From Lingula anatina (taxonomy: Eukaryota; Animalia; Brachiopoda): DNA of 64,000 nucleotides. Made by a program: the position numbers and the translations under genes. Position 1 is the first letter of the stretch. Each line of letters begins with the position of its first letter. Below, in pieces: positions 24,028-37,857 of the stretch. The notes under the pieces were generated by a model. The model was not told the origin of the DNA. It saw only the letters and a program-made list of their open reading frames with translations, and did not search any database. The stretch spans positions 8,304,587 through 8,368,586 of the forward strand of contig CM120648.1 of NCBI GenBank assembly GCA_051362555.1, written 5' to 3'.

Positions 24028-26649
24028 CTAGTTAAAACTAATTGCTGAGTTTTTCACGGCAACCAGCCTCGTTGGCGCTCCACTCCCGTCAACATGAACC
24101 ATATGGAAGACAAATGCAGTGAATCCGGTTGGTGGCAGCTTGTCGAGATTGGCCACGCTCTCTAGCGCGAGAAGCTTGGCGCCGAGAAAAGCCACGTGGG
24201 CCGGGAGAGATGTCGTCTGCCCTGCATCAACACTACGTGTGTCACTTCCGACTCCGATGATTTTCCTATTGTTCACCAACCACTCAGCTGCCTCTCCTGA
24301 GAAACCGGGGAAATGAACGAGAGCCTGTCCTTGATCATTTTTCCAGTGGGTGCGGTTAGCAGTTCCGAGGTACTTCTCATAATCATCTATATATTTCCCC
24401 CATCCACTGTACAAAAAAACCATGGCATTGTCCGGTATCCGACCATTCTCATATTCCCAATCATGGAGGTCTTTAGCAGTCAACATAGCGTCCGGGTTGT
24501 TTGCGGCTTTTTTGGAAATATCCACTCGAATGGCCGGACCAATGAGGGTGTGGGCCGGAATTTGATGGATTCGCCATGAACCTTTGATGAAGTGTGAAGG
24601 CGCATCCAGATGGGTCCCAATATGCTCCGGGATACAAAAGTCGTTGATCTCGTGCCTAATGGTGTACAATTGTATATATGAATGCAACAATAAATTCCAG
24701 TTGCTGGTTTATAATTAGATATGTCAATCAAGGCCTTTGAGGTATCATGATCCACAATTATTCCTTTCAAACGTCATCAAACACTTATGGCACAATTTTA
24801 AGAAAAACAGATGTTAGACTTTAAGAACCCCTTTACACTGGACGGCTTCCTTTCTGCGTCCTTTGTGCAACCATGAAACTGGCATGGCTGTGGTCATAGA
24901 AAGAAGGCACAAGCATCGCTTTGGTTGCAGAATGAATGCTCAATGATCGGCCAGTCGTCGGCACGTAAAGCATTATTTTTTTACTCTCAAACGGGGCCGT
25001 ACTATGGGGCACAGAAAGGACGCCGTCCAGTGTAAAGGGGGCTTAACTGTCAGTTGGATGATTGGGGAAAAGTAAGCAATATAACTGAGGATCAAAAAAT
25101 CAATAGAGAACAGTACATGACAGCATTGTAACGTGCAATACTAAACAACTTTCTGATCAAATAACATTTTTCAGATGGCAAAATTTACCATTTAAAAAGA
25201 ACGTTCACTCAGTGACCAAAGTATATATACGTACCATACAGTATTGTTGCCCAGTCTGGTATAACCTCTACGTCTCACTAGTAGTTCAAAACTAGCACTA
25301 CCCGGCCATGTAACCGTGGTGTTATCAAGGGCGTACGTAAGGTCAATTACGTCAGCCGGGCCGGGAGAAACTTGGACAGTTTTGAACGCAATGATCCGCA
25401 AGGGGCCACCACTGCCGTCTTTTATTTTCATAGGCAGCATGGCCACTGAATATCCCTTGGGTGGAAGTTTGTCCAAATTGGCCACGACGTCTGCCAAGTA
25501 GATGTTGTTTTTGCTTAGAGGAAGATGCGCCAAACCAGTTTTACTTGGTCCCATCGAAGGACTGTCAATTCCAACGGCTGAGATTCTCCTGTTTTCTGCT
25601 AGCCATTTGGCGGCGCTTTCGGCAACTGCGGGGAAATTAAGACGGGAGTTTCCGTCACTGTCTCTTGCATTACCCGTGCCGTTATAACCAAAGAATGCAG
25701 TGCGATTGCCGATATATTTTCCCCAACCAGTGAAAACAAACAAGATGGCACCATCTGGTATTTTGCCGTTGACCCTTTCCCAGTTCATCAGATCTTCCAC
25801 CTCAAGGTTGGAGTTGGGATTGAGGTCTGCTTTGGCAGATATGTCGACTTTGATCGCAGTACCGAAAAACCTATGAGGTGGAATGTCTTGCACGCGCCAT
25901 TTTCCGCGAGCAAAGTGCGCAGGCGCGTCCATGTGGGTGCTATGATGTTCTGGTCGGCAAATGTCATGGTCTTCAAACCTAAAGAGTCAATTATTAAATC
26001 ATTTTCAGAACTAGTACAATATATCTTTCTACTTTTCAGTATGCCTATTCTCCTACTTCAACCAACAGCTAATACTGAACATATTGGTCATCTCGCATAT
26101 TTGGAGGTCTCTAATAAAATTTTGCTAAGTGGGAAAAAGTAAGAGAAGAGAGAAAAGATGAAGATGATGAATATTCAGCAGAGGCGGATCCAGGATTAGT
26201 TGAAAGGGGGGGGGGTCCAGAACAACAGATCTCGGATGCGAAGCCGACCATCGACCCCTTGGTGTGGGGACCGACACATTTTTGGTGTTCTGGGGAGCAA
26301 ACAGGGTCATTCGGTACGGTTTAGAACTATAATTTAGCTAGTCAAAATTCCAATTTCAAAAGGGGAATATTTCAGAAACCGTAGTTGATTCAGGACCCCG
26401 GCCCTTCTCTAAATCCGCTACTGATTCATTTGGAGGTATAATATAGTTTACATACCACCCAGCTCCAAAATCCACTGGACCCCTGTAGATACGTTTGTAT
26501 CGAAACCCATTTCCCTCTTGCCCCGGCCAGACTAAACTGTTCTCTGACACCGCATACGTCATGTCTATGATCTCATGGGCGGCAGGACTCCAGTGCGCAT
26601 GTACAATGTGGTTGCATAGCAACAGCATTAGAACAGACGTCGACGCCAT
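24028..26649 (-). CDS. Double-domain cyclase-family hydrolase, copy 4; exons 26456-26649, 25235-25978, 24028-24655; 521 aa; TAG stop just before the anchor tail
   Basis: 194+744+628 nt in frame. Motifs EHHSTHMDAPAHF and EHIGTHLDAPSHF. Ends SAISFN*, and a hydrophobic tail continues in frame after the stop to 23917. Confidence 0.82.
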
Positions 26650-29168
26650 TTTTTCACTGAAGAAAAATAATTTGAATATACATGTACATTTATGCCGAAA
26701 ACTATTTTGCTCGAGTAATAAAAAACAGCTAGTTCTAGTGTATAATTCTTAAAGGGATAACAACTGTTGATTTTGGCTAAAAAGTGGATTCTACTGGGGT
26801 AAAGGACATTTTTTCCATCTTTACCAATGGTTAATGAATCCATTCCATCATTCAAAGTTATTCCCCCTCTTTTTTTCTAAAAAGATTGTGTTTTTTGCAA
26901 TATTCTCTTAAGAGATTATTACAGAGTGTAGCCATCTATGGAATCACGTAATATGGGGGCAAGCATAAATTCTAGAATAATTAATTGTCCTTTCGGTGGT
27001 AAAACAGAATTTATCATTTTCCAATGAGTTTACTCTGTATATATTGTGAAATATGGAGATCATACGAACAGTTGTTATCCCTATAATAAGACAGTAATAC
27101 CAACGTTTACTCTTGATATTGCACACTGGAATTGAGGACTTTTGAAGTTTTCAGATTAAGGATCTCGAAATATGGCTCTACAGTGGAAGTTGGTTAAACC
27201 ACTCGTAACATAAGGGTTAATTATAGCTTAATTATAACAAAAATTATATGTTAAAATCATCACACTGTTTTTTAACACAAGCATTTCCTCAATATTACTT
27301 AGAGATCACCTGGTTTAGCTTAAGCACATGTATATCAGTCGCTACAAGTGCCTTGCCTCGGAATATCTTCTGAAAGATCTTGGGGGGTAGGGGAGATCTA
27401 TGGAGCTCTCCGTCTACGTGTAAGCGGATCAGATGTTGCTCTGCTTGTGCTCCTTTTGGACAACAAGGACGTGACAAGATATTTAAACGCGGCTTACATG
27501 TGTTGTGTCGACATTAAGGTACATTGTGAACGTGAAGGAAGGCAACATAAAGGGCCATGTCTTGTTAGGTCGGTAGCTCAAGTAAAAGATCACAGGATGC
27601 ACGTGTTTAGACTTGTCGCTTGCTTGTTAAACCTTGGATAAAATAACGAATGAAACCTTCAATCGTGTCTTGAATTAAAATGGCGCAATTTCTCTCAGAT
27701 TTCTCAGGCTCGATGACATTTCTTTTAGGCTGGCATTTTTATGTACTAGTACCTTTTTAAATAAAGATGACGTCAACACTGCTGTGTACTGCATATATAT
27801 GTTCATGTTACCAGCTAATGTCTGCTCTTAGCCTGAGATGCGGCTATAATGAAGCCTTCAATAGTGCCTTGAATTAAAATGACGCAGTCTCTCTGATTTC
27901 TACTACTATTTCCTTTTAATTTAATTTATGTATGTCTTTTGATCAAGGGCGAAAATATAGTACTACTAATAACACAAAATAATACAATACGTGATTTTTA
28001 AATGTATTTTTATTGCTATAAAATACTATGATTATAAAATTTCTCAAATATTTATTCATGTAGGTTTTAAGGCAAATGTAGGCCAAATTCGACAGAAGCG
28101 CAAATGGATTGCCAAATGCTTGTAAAACATTATAAACTGGAGGTCGCCTACATGGATCAAACACCATTCTTCACCGAGGGCGCTACATTGGAAACATGAA
28201 GCAGGTCAACTCCATTTCGAGGTCGACCTTGAAAAACTGGTCGCCCTTTCCGCGAGTGTTCGACAATATGGCGTGCTGTTGTGTCAGTGCAGTAGGAAGC
28301 TGAAATAAAAAGACCAAAACTTTATGAACATCGTGCCTGAAGGTACACGAAAACACTTTTAATTGGATTTACATACTACAAGGTGCAACAGAGGACCCAC
28401 AGAGATTGTCAGAACGTGGATATTTCAAGGTACTTAAGTGTCTCAAGGTTTTTTGTTCAGACTGCTAAGAAGCCTTACCAGCGGTAAGGGTACCGTGAGC
28501 TTGTAAGGCCGAAAACTGAGGCAACCTTTGTCTTGGCATTTGTCACTGATTAGTGCCTACCCCGGTGTAAAAGGTGTATTAGTGTAATCATATGTGTGGA
28601 ATTTCATGTCAGATGGACATATAAAGATCTAAAAATTCGTCACAATATTTAAAAAAGATACATCTTTGCACAGCAGTCGTAGATCGGTAAGATTCAGTTG
28701 TTAGTTACGAACTACTTCCTGGTTTTCACAAGGTCCTTCAATAACTCTAAAACATCATTATTATTGCAGCACATACCATAAAACACCCAAAAATACTTAG
28801 ATGTGGACATATCGGATTATATAAATGTCAAAATTCCACATGAGAACGATTTATAGCCTCCTGGGAATTCCTTTCCATTTCTAATTTACTGGTATATGCA
28901 TTTAAAGCGTATGAAAAATAATGAATTTCAGACATTTGATTATAGTATGAACCTCTGGTGATAATTTTGGTATACATCTCGTAAAAAGACCAGTATTACA
29001 CATCTGTCTGAACACTTCAAATTGACGCCAATGGAACGAAATATTACATACACAAAATTGCTGTCATTTATCCTGTAAGATTTGAATACGCCTTCATTTG
29101 GATAAACTATAACTATATTTGACAAACTCTTATCTATATGAACATTTTTGCAAATGATATACAGTGTA

Positions 29169-31229
29169 TTATAATGTCCGCGAAAGGATAAATAAATAGG
29201 GCAGAAACAAAATGGAAGAAAGAGGGCGTAAGACAAGACCGCTCGACGGTGCTTTCGTATCATCTGTGATAAAAGTAATTGCTGAGTTTTTCACGGCAAC
29301 CAGCCTCGTTGGCGCTCCACTCCCGTCAACATGAACCATACGGAAGACAAATGCCGTGGAACCAGTTGGTGGCAGCTTGTCGAGATTGGCCAAGCTCTCT
29401 ATCGCGAGCAGCTTGGCGCAGAGAAAAGTCGCGTGAGCCGGGAAAGATGTCGTCTGTCCTGCATCAACACTAAGTGTGTCACTTCCGATTTCGATGATTT
29501 TTCGATTGTTCACCAACCACTCTGCTGCCTCCGCTGAAAAACCGGGGAAATGGACGAGAATTTGCCCTTGGTCGTTTATCTATTGGGTGCGGTTAGCAGT
29601 TCCAAGGTACTTCTCATAATCGTTCACGTATTTCCCCCATCCACAGTGCAGGAACACCATAGCATTGTCCGGTATACGCCCGTTCTCGTATTCCCAATCA
29701 TGGAGGTCTTTAACAGTCAACACGGCGTCTGGGTTGTTCGCCGCCTTTTTGGAAATATCCACTCGGATGGCCGGACCAATGATGGTGTGGGCTGGAATTT
29801 GATGGATTCGCCACGAACCTTCGATGAAGTGCGCAGGCGCATCCAGATGCGTCCCAACATGCTTTGGGCAACAAAAGTCGTTGTACTCAACCCTGCAGTG
29901 ATATAGGAAGGAATATAAAGCGTGTACCTGGCCTCAATTAAAATGGCCACCGAAAATGATTTTACTAAATTATTTTACTAAAAGAAGATTAAACTGTACA
30001 TACATCTTGCACAAAATATATGTAAAATCTATTTGTATACGCACCATACAGTAGTATTGGCTACCTCCATATATCCTTTCTGTACCGGAAGTTGTTTAAA
30101 GCTGGCCCTACCCGGCCACATTACCGTGCTGTTTCCAAGGGGATAAGAAAGGTCAACCACGTCTTCAGGACCGGGAGATATTTGGACACTTTTGAAGGCA
30201 ATGATCCGCAAGGGGGCGCCGCTGCCGTCCTTAATATTGACAGGTAGCATGGCAACTGAGTACCCCTTGGACGGAAGTTTATCTAAGTTTGCTACACTCT
30301 CTGCGTTAAAGATGTTCTTTTCATGGAGTGGAACGTGGGCCATATAAGAACTGCTTGGTCCTATTGAAGGACTATCAACTCCGACGGCAGAGATTTTCCT
30401 GTTCTCTGCTAGCCATTTGGCGGCGCTCTGTGATACCGAGGGAAAGTGCAGATCGTTTTTCCAATCACCTGCCCCATCATAACCGTAATATGCTGTATTT
30501 TTGGTGTAATATTTTCCCCAACCCGTGTAAACGAACAATATAGCGCCGTCTGGTATTTTGCCATTGCTACTTTCCCATACTTCCAGATCTTCTACCTCTA
30601 GGTTTGAGTCGGGGTTATTGCCGCTTTTGCAGAAATGTCAACTTTTATCGCTGGACCAAAAAACCTGTAAGGCGGAATGTCTTGCACGTGCCATTTTCCC
30701 ACGAGCAAAGTGTGCTGGCGCGTCCATGTGGGTGCTTTGATGTTCTGGTCGGCATATGTCATTGTCCTCTAGCCTAATATGAAAGAAATAGAAGACATGT
30801 TTTTTAAATCTATATGTTGTAATCCCACTAGACAAATATTATCGATGCACATATCAAATTTTTAAGGCAGAGAACGGTAAATTTTAAGTGCATTGCCACC
30901 TTACAGTGGAAGTATATACAGTGCATATGCACTGTCGTACTGTAGGCCTAGGTGCTGTCGTTGTATCTGAAAATGAGCGTGGCGGTAAGCACAATTTTAA
31001 ATGGTCCTTTATAGCCATTTTCGAGTGATACATACCATCTAGTGCCAACCAGGCCCCTCTGAATACACGTATAGTGAAATTTCATTTTAGATCCAGGCCA
31101 AACTGGGGAGTCCTCTGACAATGCGTATGTCATGTCTATGATTTCATGGGCTGCAGGGCTCCAGAGCGCATGTGTAATATGGCTGCGCATGCATAGCAAC
31201 ACAAACAGAAGGAAAGTAGCTGGCGCCAT
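29169..31229 (-). pseudogene. Cyclase-family gene copy 5, disrupted; exons 31036-31229, 30045-30773, 29169-29892
   Basis: Splice sites intact. +1 base at ~30700 and -1 base at ~30617 in exon 2, with a stop (30638) in the shifted stretch. TAG at 29580-29582 in exon 3 where paralogs have Trp. Confidence 0.85.
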
Positions 31230-31493
31230 TTTGACTGAAAAACAAATAAAAGAGACATGCAACTTTCTATTATAATCCTCATACTGCACGCAATAAAAAC
31301 ACTGATTAATTTCAAGTATTTTGTATAGGCCTATATGATTAACATGTATAAAAACTTGTTTGTGCAAATGTAGGTACTTTGTACATTTGAATACAATATA
31401 CATGTATACCCTGGATGTCCATTTGCTCGTTCTCTATTGCCTTCACAACATTTTGCAATTAAAACAATAAAAATCACATTGTATATTCAATAC

Positions 31494-31536
<43 letters not shown>

Positions 31537-32421
31537 AACATGAACACTATTTTATAGAAACGCAACTCACGTGAACTTCTGTACAATGAATCTGAGACTT
31601 CACCGAATCAGAACGAACTTAAAAAACGGAGACTTTTAAGCCTTCTGAACTAAAAGCCAGCTTGTACATTTTGTGACCTCGTGATTGCCAAACGTACCCT
31701 GTTCTAAAACATAGTTTGTTCCTTTTTATGTACAGGCGCAGTGTGTTGGCACATACATGTAGGCCTATAGATAAACTGTATCTGTCGTCGTTGACATGCT
31801 TTTTTTTTTACTTCACCGTTACTGCAATTGATGGAAAACCGTGTTACTCATTATTTTATAATAGCATGTACAGCTACTAAGATTTTTTTAAACTCATAGA
31901 GAGGGCAAAGAATTTGCCCAATGGCAAGTTTAATCAGATGAGGTATTGTCACTGATGGGTGGGGGAAGTAGGTACCTATATTAAATATTGTTTTCCTTTT
32001 CAATCTGTGGCTTCGTGCCTGGAACGAATGACATGCATGCCAGAACCAGCGTTGCGAACTGCAGAACAGAATAAATATTTATTGCCATTTGCTCTTTACT
32101 AGACACGACTAAGTCCAAACACTCCGTTCTGCACAAATACTATACTGTAATATACTATAACTTGTCATGAACTTTGGAAGGATACTACCAGTTGGACTAT
32201 TGAATTGAAATGAAGGCAAAATTACTCTGGACTCTTGTCATGTTGATCTGATTATTAATTCAGGGTTGTATTCCTTACAAGACTTACATAAACCAATCAG
32301 AAAAGAGGACCATTAATAAGCCAGTTGTTTTCCATTTTTTGCTACTTTATTATTTCTCAGTTATAACGCCGAGAATAATTTAAAATATAGGTACAGTACA
32401 ATATAATCTATCTGTTGTAAT

Positions 32422-32581
32422 CAGGCCCGTAGCCAGCGATTTCAAAAGGGGGGTTCTTTTTCTAAAAATGTGGACCTTTTACTATGAAACCCTCGTGTAC
32501 CTAGATAAAATTTCACCCAGAGGGGACCTTTTCCCAGCAAAAAAGAGGGTGGTTCTTTCTTCCCCCCTGGCAACGGGCCTG
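32422..32581. mobile_element. MITE with 15-bp TIR and 5-bp TSD GTAAT; copies at ~39263-39424 and ~49527-49685
   Basis: gtaat-caggcccgtagccag ... ctggcaacgggcctg-gtaat. Absent at the homologous site near 22705-22715. Confidence 0.75.
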
Positions 32582-33438
32582 GTAATGTACTGGGTACCAT
32601 CTAGTAGTCATACCTTTGTCTTCTTACTGTCCCCTGAACGAAATTGGAAAAATAGGGTTGGTTTCACATCTAACGAAACAAATAATTATTTTATTTGGTA
32701 TCAAAGCTAGAAAAAGGCTATCACACAACTCAGTATCTTTGATACTGGTACAGTGTACCAGTACCACTCTGTAGCCCAATGAAATGTAATGTGGAAAAAT
32801 ACTTGGGCGTTTATAACCAATACAATCAAATTACAAGTTTTTTCATAAAACAATGTTATGTAAATACACATTCACTTGGATAAAATAGTCTTACAATTTC
32901 ATGTTTTTTAGCTGATCGTTTTGATACCGAGCAACTAAATTCATTAGAAGTTTAGAGGGCGTGTTCTCTTTTATAATCTGTATTTGAAAAACGATTTTAA
33001 TCACAGGTCGAGTCTGGACCTTTGCATAATCTTGCATCCCATTTAAAATCAATACATGTACAGAAGCCAAGGCTCGTGCCTGAGATCGTTAGCTCAGATG
33101 ATAGACCTGTACATGTAACAGTGTAAGCATGCTTAAATATAATATTTATTATGATTTTGTGTAATTTCTCACTTAACATTTGAAAGACTTTGTGAAAAAC
33201 AATCAAAACAATTAGAGTAAAATTGATATTTGCCGTTTATTTAACTACAATCCTCAAAGCACGTTCAGGAGTCTGTCTAAAGATATCGAAATAAAGTCAA
33301 AAGAGCGAAATATCCTACTTACCGGAATATACATGTAGAATTTTAATCAATCATTTACATTGAACAATTAAGAAAGACTTGCCTGCTTTAATGACAGTTT
33401 TTGAAGTTTCTAAATGCATGCTTCAATTTTGCAATGAC

Positions 33439-36262
33439 TTACATCAAGACAGTAAGGACAACAAATGAGGGCAAAAGCAAAATAGCAAAAAGAGGACGTG
33501 ACATTTGGCCATCTGAAGCTACTTTCGTATCATCCGAGTTAAAACTAATTGCTGAGTTTTTCACGGCAACCAGCCTCGTTGGTGCTCCACTCCCGTCAAC
33601 ATGAAGCATATGGAAGACAAATGCAGTGAATCCGATTGGTGGAAGCTTGTCGAGATTCGCCACGTTCTCTAGCGCGAGCAGCTTGGCGCGGAGAAAAGTC
33701 ACGTGAGCCGGGCAAGATGTCGTCTGCCCTACATCAAAACTGATTGTGTCACTTCCGACTCCGATGATTTTTCGATTGTTTACCAGCCACTCAGCTGCCT
33801 CTCCTGAGAAACCGGGGAAATGGACGAGAATTTGCCCTTGGTCGTTCATCCAATGGGTGCGGTTAGCAGTTCCAAGGTACTTCTCATGATCATCCACGTA
33901 TTTCCCCCATCCACTGTTCAAAAATACCATGGCATTGTCCGGTATCCGACCGTTCTCATATTCCCAGTCATGGAGGTCTTTAACAGTCAACATGGCGTCT
34001 GGGTTGTTTGCAGCCTTTTTGGAAATGTCTACTCGGATCGCCGGACCAATGAGGGTGTGGGCCGGAATTTGATGGATTCGCCATGAATCTTTTATGAAGT
34101 GTGCGGGCGCATCTAAATGCGTCCCTCCATGCTCTGGACCACAAAAGTCGTTATACTCAACCCTGCAATGATATGTAGAATTTAACACCTTTAAATTTCG
34201 TCGAATTTGTCAGATATGAGAGAGTGAATGTCCCGATTCACAAATCAGAATGATATAACAAGAGGAAAATTTAATATACAATACATACCACGGGGCTGAT
34301 ATCAAAACAAAAGGATTGCAGGGACCGATACAGTGAATGAGACGGAGTGACTGCCACGTGCGGAAGATGGGCAGGAAATCGGCCAACTACTCAGAAAACC
34401 ACTAACGCAAACGAAGATGATTGGACGGTGACCGCAATTAGGCAGTAAACGCGAGGAAAGTCCATTCTTTGATATCACCCCATGCGCGGTGATATCAGCG
34501 TGTTCTATTCAAAGTTAGGGGTTTTGGGTGGGGAACACGCACGATTTCCCTTTGTATGTATGACAAATAATGCACTGTTACCCCCTCGCCCGATATCCAC
34601 GATAGCATGCCTCGCTGGCGCTCGGTCTGCTATCGTGATATCGGGCTCGTGGACAGTGCATTATTTACTACTTACACCGGGCCTACGAGGTCATAACGCA
34701 ACGATCCAACGTTGCAATCGGGATCACATACAGGTATTATCTTCTGCAGGGAAATGATTGTCAATGGCGGATCAAGTATATGGCCACCTTTTAAAAAGCT
34801 TGTCGTCTAATCCCCTAATCTGTATTAGATAGATTCCCTGCAGGGATATGCTTCTCATACCTCATATTGCTATCCTATTAACCTTTTTATTTCGAAATAA
34901 ATGTAAAACTTATGTTTGTATACGCACCACACAGAATTGTTGCCTATCTTCATATATCCTTTTTGTACCGGAAGTAGTTTAAAGCTGGCCCTACCCGGCC
35001 ACATCACCGTGCTGTTTCCAAGGGGATACGTAAGATCAACAACGTCTTCAGGACCGGGAGATATTTGGACTGTTTTGAATGCAATGACCCGCAAGGGGGC
35101 GCCGCTGCCGTCCTTTATATTGACCGGTAGCATGGCAACTGAATATCCTTTGGTTGGAAGTTTATCTAAGTTTGCTACACTCTCTGCGTTAAAGATGTTC
35201 TTTTCATGGAGTGGAACGTGGGCCATATAAGAACTGCTTGGTCCTATTGAAGGACTATCAACTCCTACGGCTGAGATTTTCCTGTTCTCTGCTAGCCATT
35301 TGGCGGCGCTCTGGGATACCGAGGGAAAGTGCAGATCGTTTTTCCAATCACCTGCCCCATCATAACCGTAATATGCTGAACTGTTGGTGTGATATTTTCC
35401 CCAACCCGTGTATACGAACAAGATGGCACCGTCTGGTATTTTGCCGTTGGCGCGTTCCCAGTTTTCTACATCTTTTACCTCAAGGTTATAGTCGCGGTTG
35501 AGTGCTGCTTTGGCAGAAATGTCAACCTTTATCGCCGGACCAAAAAACCTGTACGGAGGAATGTCCTGCACGTACCATTTTCCGCGAGCAAAGTGCGCAG
35601 GCGCGTCCAAGTGGGTGCCCTGATGTTCTGGTCGGCATATATCATTGTCTTCTAGCCTAATAGGAAAGCAATGAATGACTGAAATTACCAACTGAAAAAC
35701 GCTGCTTTCTCTGTGCAAAATGAATTTACGCTACGGATTTTATTCACAATTTGCGGGAATGCGGAAAAGTAGCATCCAAAACCGAAAATAATATAGTGTA
35801 TAATTAATACGGCTTGCCCTGTCTCTGGACCTTCTATATTTCCTCTAAGTAAAAGTAAAGTTTCAACTTTTGGAGGAAGCAGACGATAAAAAACTTTTAT
35901 CAAACTGAGACATGCACTAAAACAGAATTTAAATGGAATAACAACTGTTCATAAGAGATTAAAATTCCACAATTAATACATTGTAAACTCATAGAAATAT
36001 AATATACTCCATTTCACCACCAAAACATCGATTGTAGTGCATCTTTATAGTCATTTTCGAGTGATACGTACCAACCTGCACCGTACTTCCACTGGTCCCT
36101 TCTAATACGTGTATAATGAAACTTCATGTTAAACCCAGGCCAAACTAGGGAGTCCTCTGACATCACGTACGTCATGTCTATGATTTCATGGGCGGCAGGA
36201 CTCCAGTGCGCATGTGCAATATGGTTACATAGCAACGCAAACAGAATGGTAGATGGTGCCAT
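33439..36262 (-). CDS. Double-domain cyclase-family hydrolase, copy 6; exons 36072-36262, 34928-35656, 33439-34162; 547 aa; signal peptide and GPI-like tail
   Basis: 191+729+724 nt in frame with GT-AG sites. Motifs EHQGTHLDAPAHF and EHGGTHLDAPAHF. Tail DTKVASDGQMSRPLFAILLLPSFVVLTVLM. Confidence 0.88.
34279..34672. mobile_element. ~390 bp insertion in intron 2 of copy 6 with a subterminal hairpin and no obvious TIR or TSD
   Basis: Absent at the sister site ~42220 (aatata-ttataccggg). Hairpin aaataatgcactgt...cccgatatccacgatagca...tgctatcgtgatatcggg...acagtgcattattt at ~34565-34666. Confidence 0.6.
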
Positions 36263-37857
36263 TTTGACTGGAAAAAAGAAGAAAAATTATCATTTAATGT
36301 GGATAGTCGATATTCTGGATATTTTTTCAAAATTGTCCAAGTATACTGTAAGTCACATCAAGAAGCTGAGTATTATTATTATGCAGTTCGAAGTAACTTT
36401 ATCACATCTAAGAACTTGTTTGTGCTGTTGAAATACATACACTATGTATTTATAACCTAAAAGTCTAAAAGCCTAAAAGTCCTTATATGTTGAGTTACAA
36501 CGTTTGGTAGAACGGGAAAAAGTCATTCTTACACTCAATGCACATAAGAAAAAAATCTTCTGATTGACACGTTTTATAGTAAACTCGCATGACAACTTTT
36601 GAACAATGAATCTGAAACGCCGCAAGACCCAGGTGAATTTTTAAGTTATAAAAACACAGCATAAACTTAGACATACTCGGCACTTGATATGAACCCTGAA
36701 GTCAAGAAAACTTAGTTTGTTACATTTATAGCGTTACCGTTTTTCAGAAAATGAGCACAGATTCTGTCCACTATTGAATTTAGCCAGACAGGGCATTTGC
36801 TTGGAATTTTTCACTGATTGGGTCGGAATGATATACGGAATAGCACTGCCTTGTACTCGTAACTTAACCTGTAGCAACAAGTCTGGAAAATAAACTAATG
36901 TATACTAAAGCAGGGGGCAAAACTTCAGCGTAGAATAAATATTTATTGCGATATGCTCCTTACTCTCGGGGTAGACATAACTAAAACAAAAGACTTCGTT
37001 GTGCTTAAATAGGCCCCGACTATTACTTGCCATGCATTTTGAAAGGACACTCCCAGCGTTGAATAGTGTTAAACTCAATGTTATCTAACATTAGTATAAA
37101 TAAAACAGAAAGTATTACTATAAAGCCCCAATGAATTTTTACAATTTTGCATGGTAAACATCAAACAATCAAACAAAAAAAATCTGTTTTGTGTCTTTTT
37201 TTTTTGATTTTAGTCATTGTTTGGATGGTACCCTTGAGAATGATATAAAAGATTTGAAAATTATCTAGCAAATCTAGCCATCTGTTGGTGGACATACCTT
37301 GAATTTTATTGTCTCCAGAACGTCAAAGGAACGAGTTCGAGCTCTGGCGATTCCGCCTCTCCCGATTACCGTTGAACGTCGACTCGAACGTGCGGTATTT
37401 GCCAGAGATCTTTCATCCCGCTCTTGTTTATTGGATCACATTCAAGTCGTTGTTAGCAAAAATAGGCCCCATTCCCATAGACACCATCGGTCTTCGAAGA
37501 TCGATCCAAATCCATGGGGACTGTTGCAGAAGGCAATTGGCTTAAAAGATAAACACGCGGCCCCCTGGCGTTAAGCAGAATACATATAACTGGCGATTAT
37601 ATGGATTAAATAGAAGACATGTTTTTAAAATCTATATGTTGTTATCCCACTAGACAAATATTATCGATGCACATATCAAATTTTTTAGGCAGAGAACGGT
37701 AAATTTTAAGTGCATTGGCACCTTACAGTGGAAGTATATACAGTGCATATGCACTGTCGTGGTGTTGGCCTAGGTGCTGTCGTTGTATCTGAAAATGAGC
37801 GTGGCGGTAAACACAATTTTAAATGGTTCTTTATAGCCATTTTCAAGTGATACATAC

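Noticed and set aside
31496-31530. Poly-A run (also ~38320-38373) as the tail of a retrogene
   Set aside because: No adjacent processed coding sequence or clear TSD; both runs are the same locus copied by the segmental duplication.
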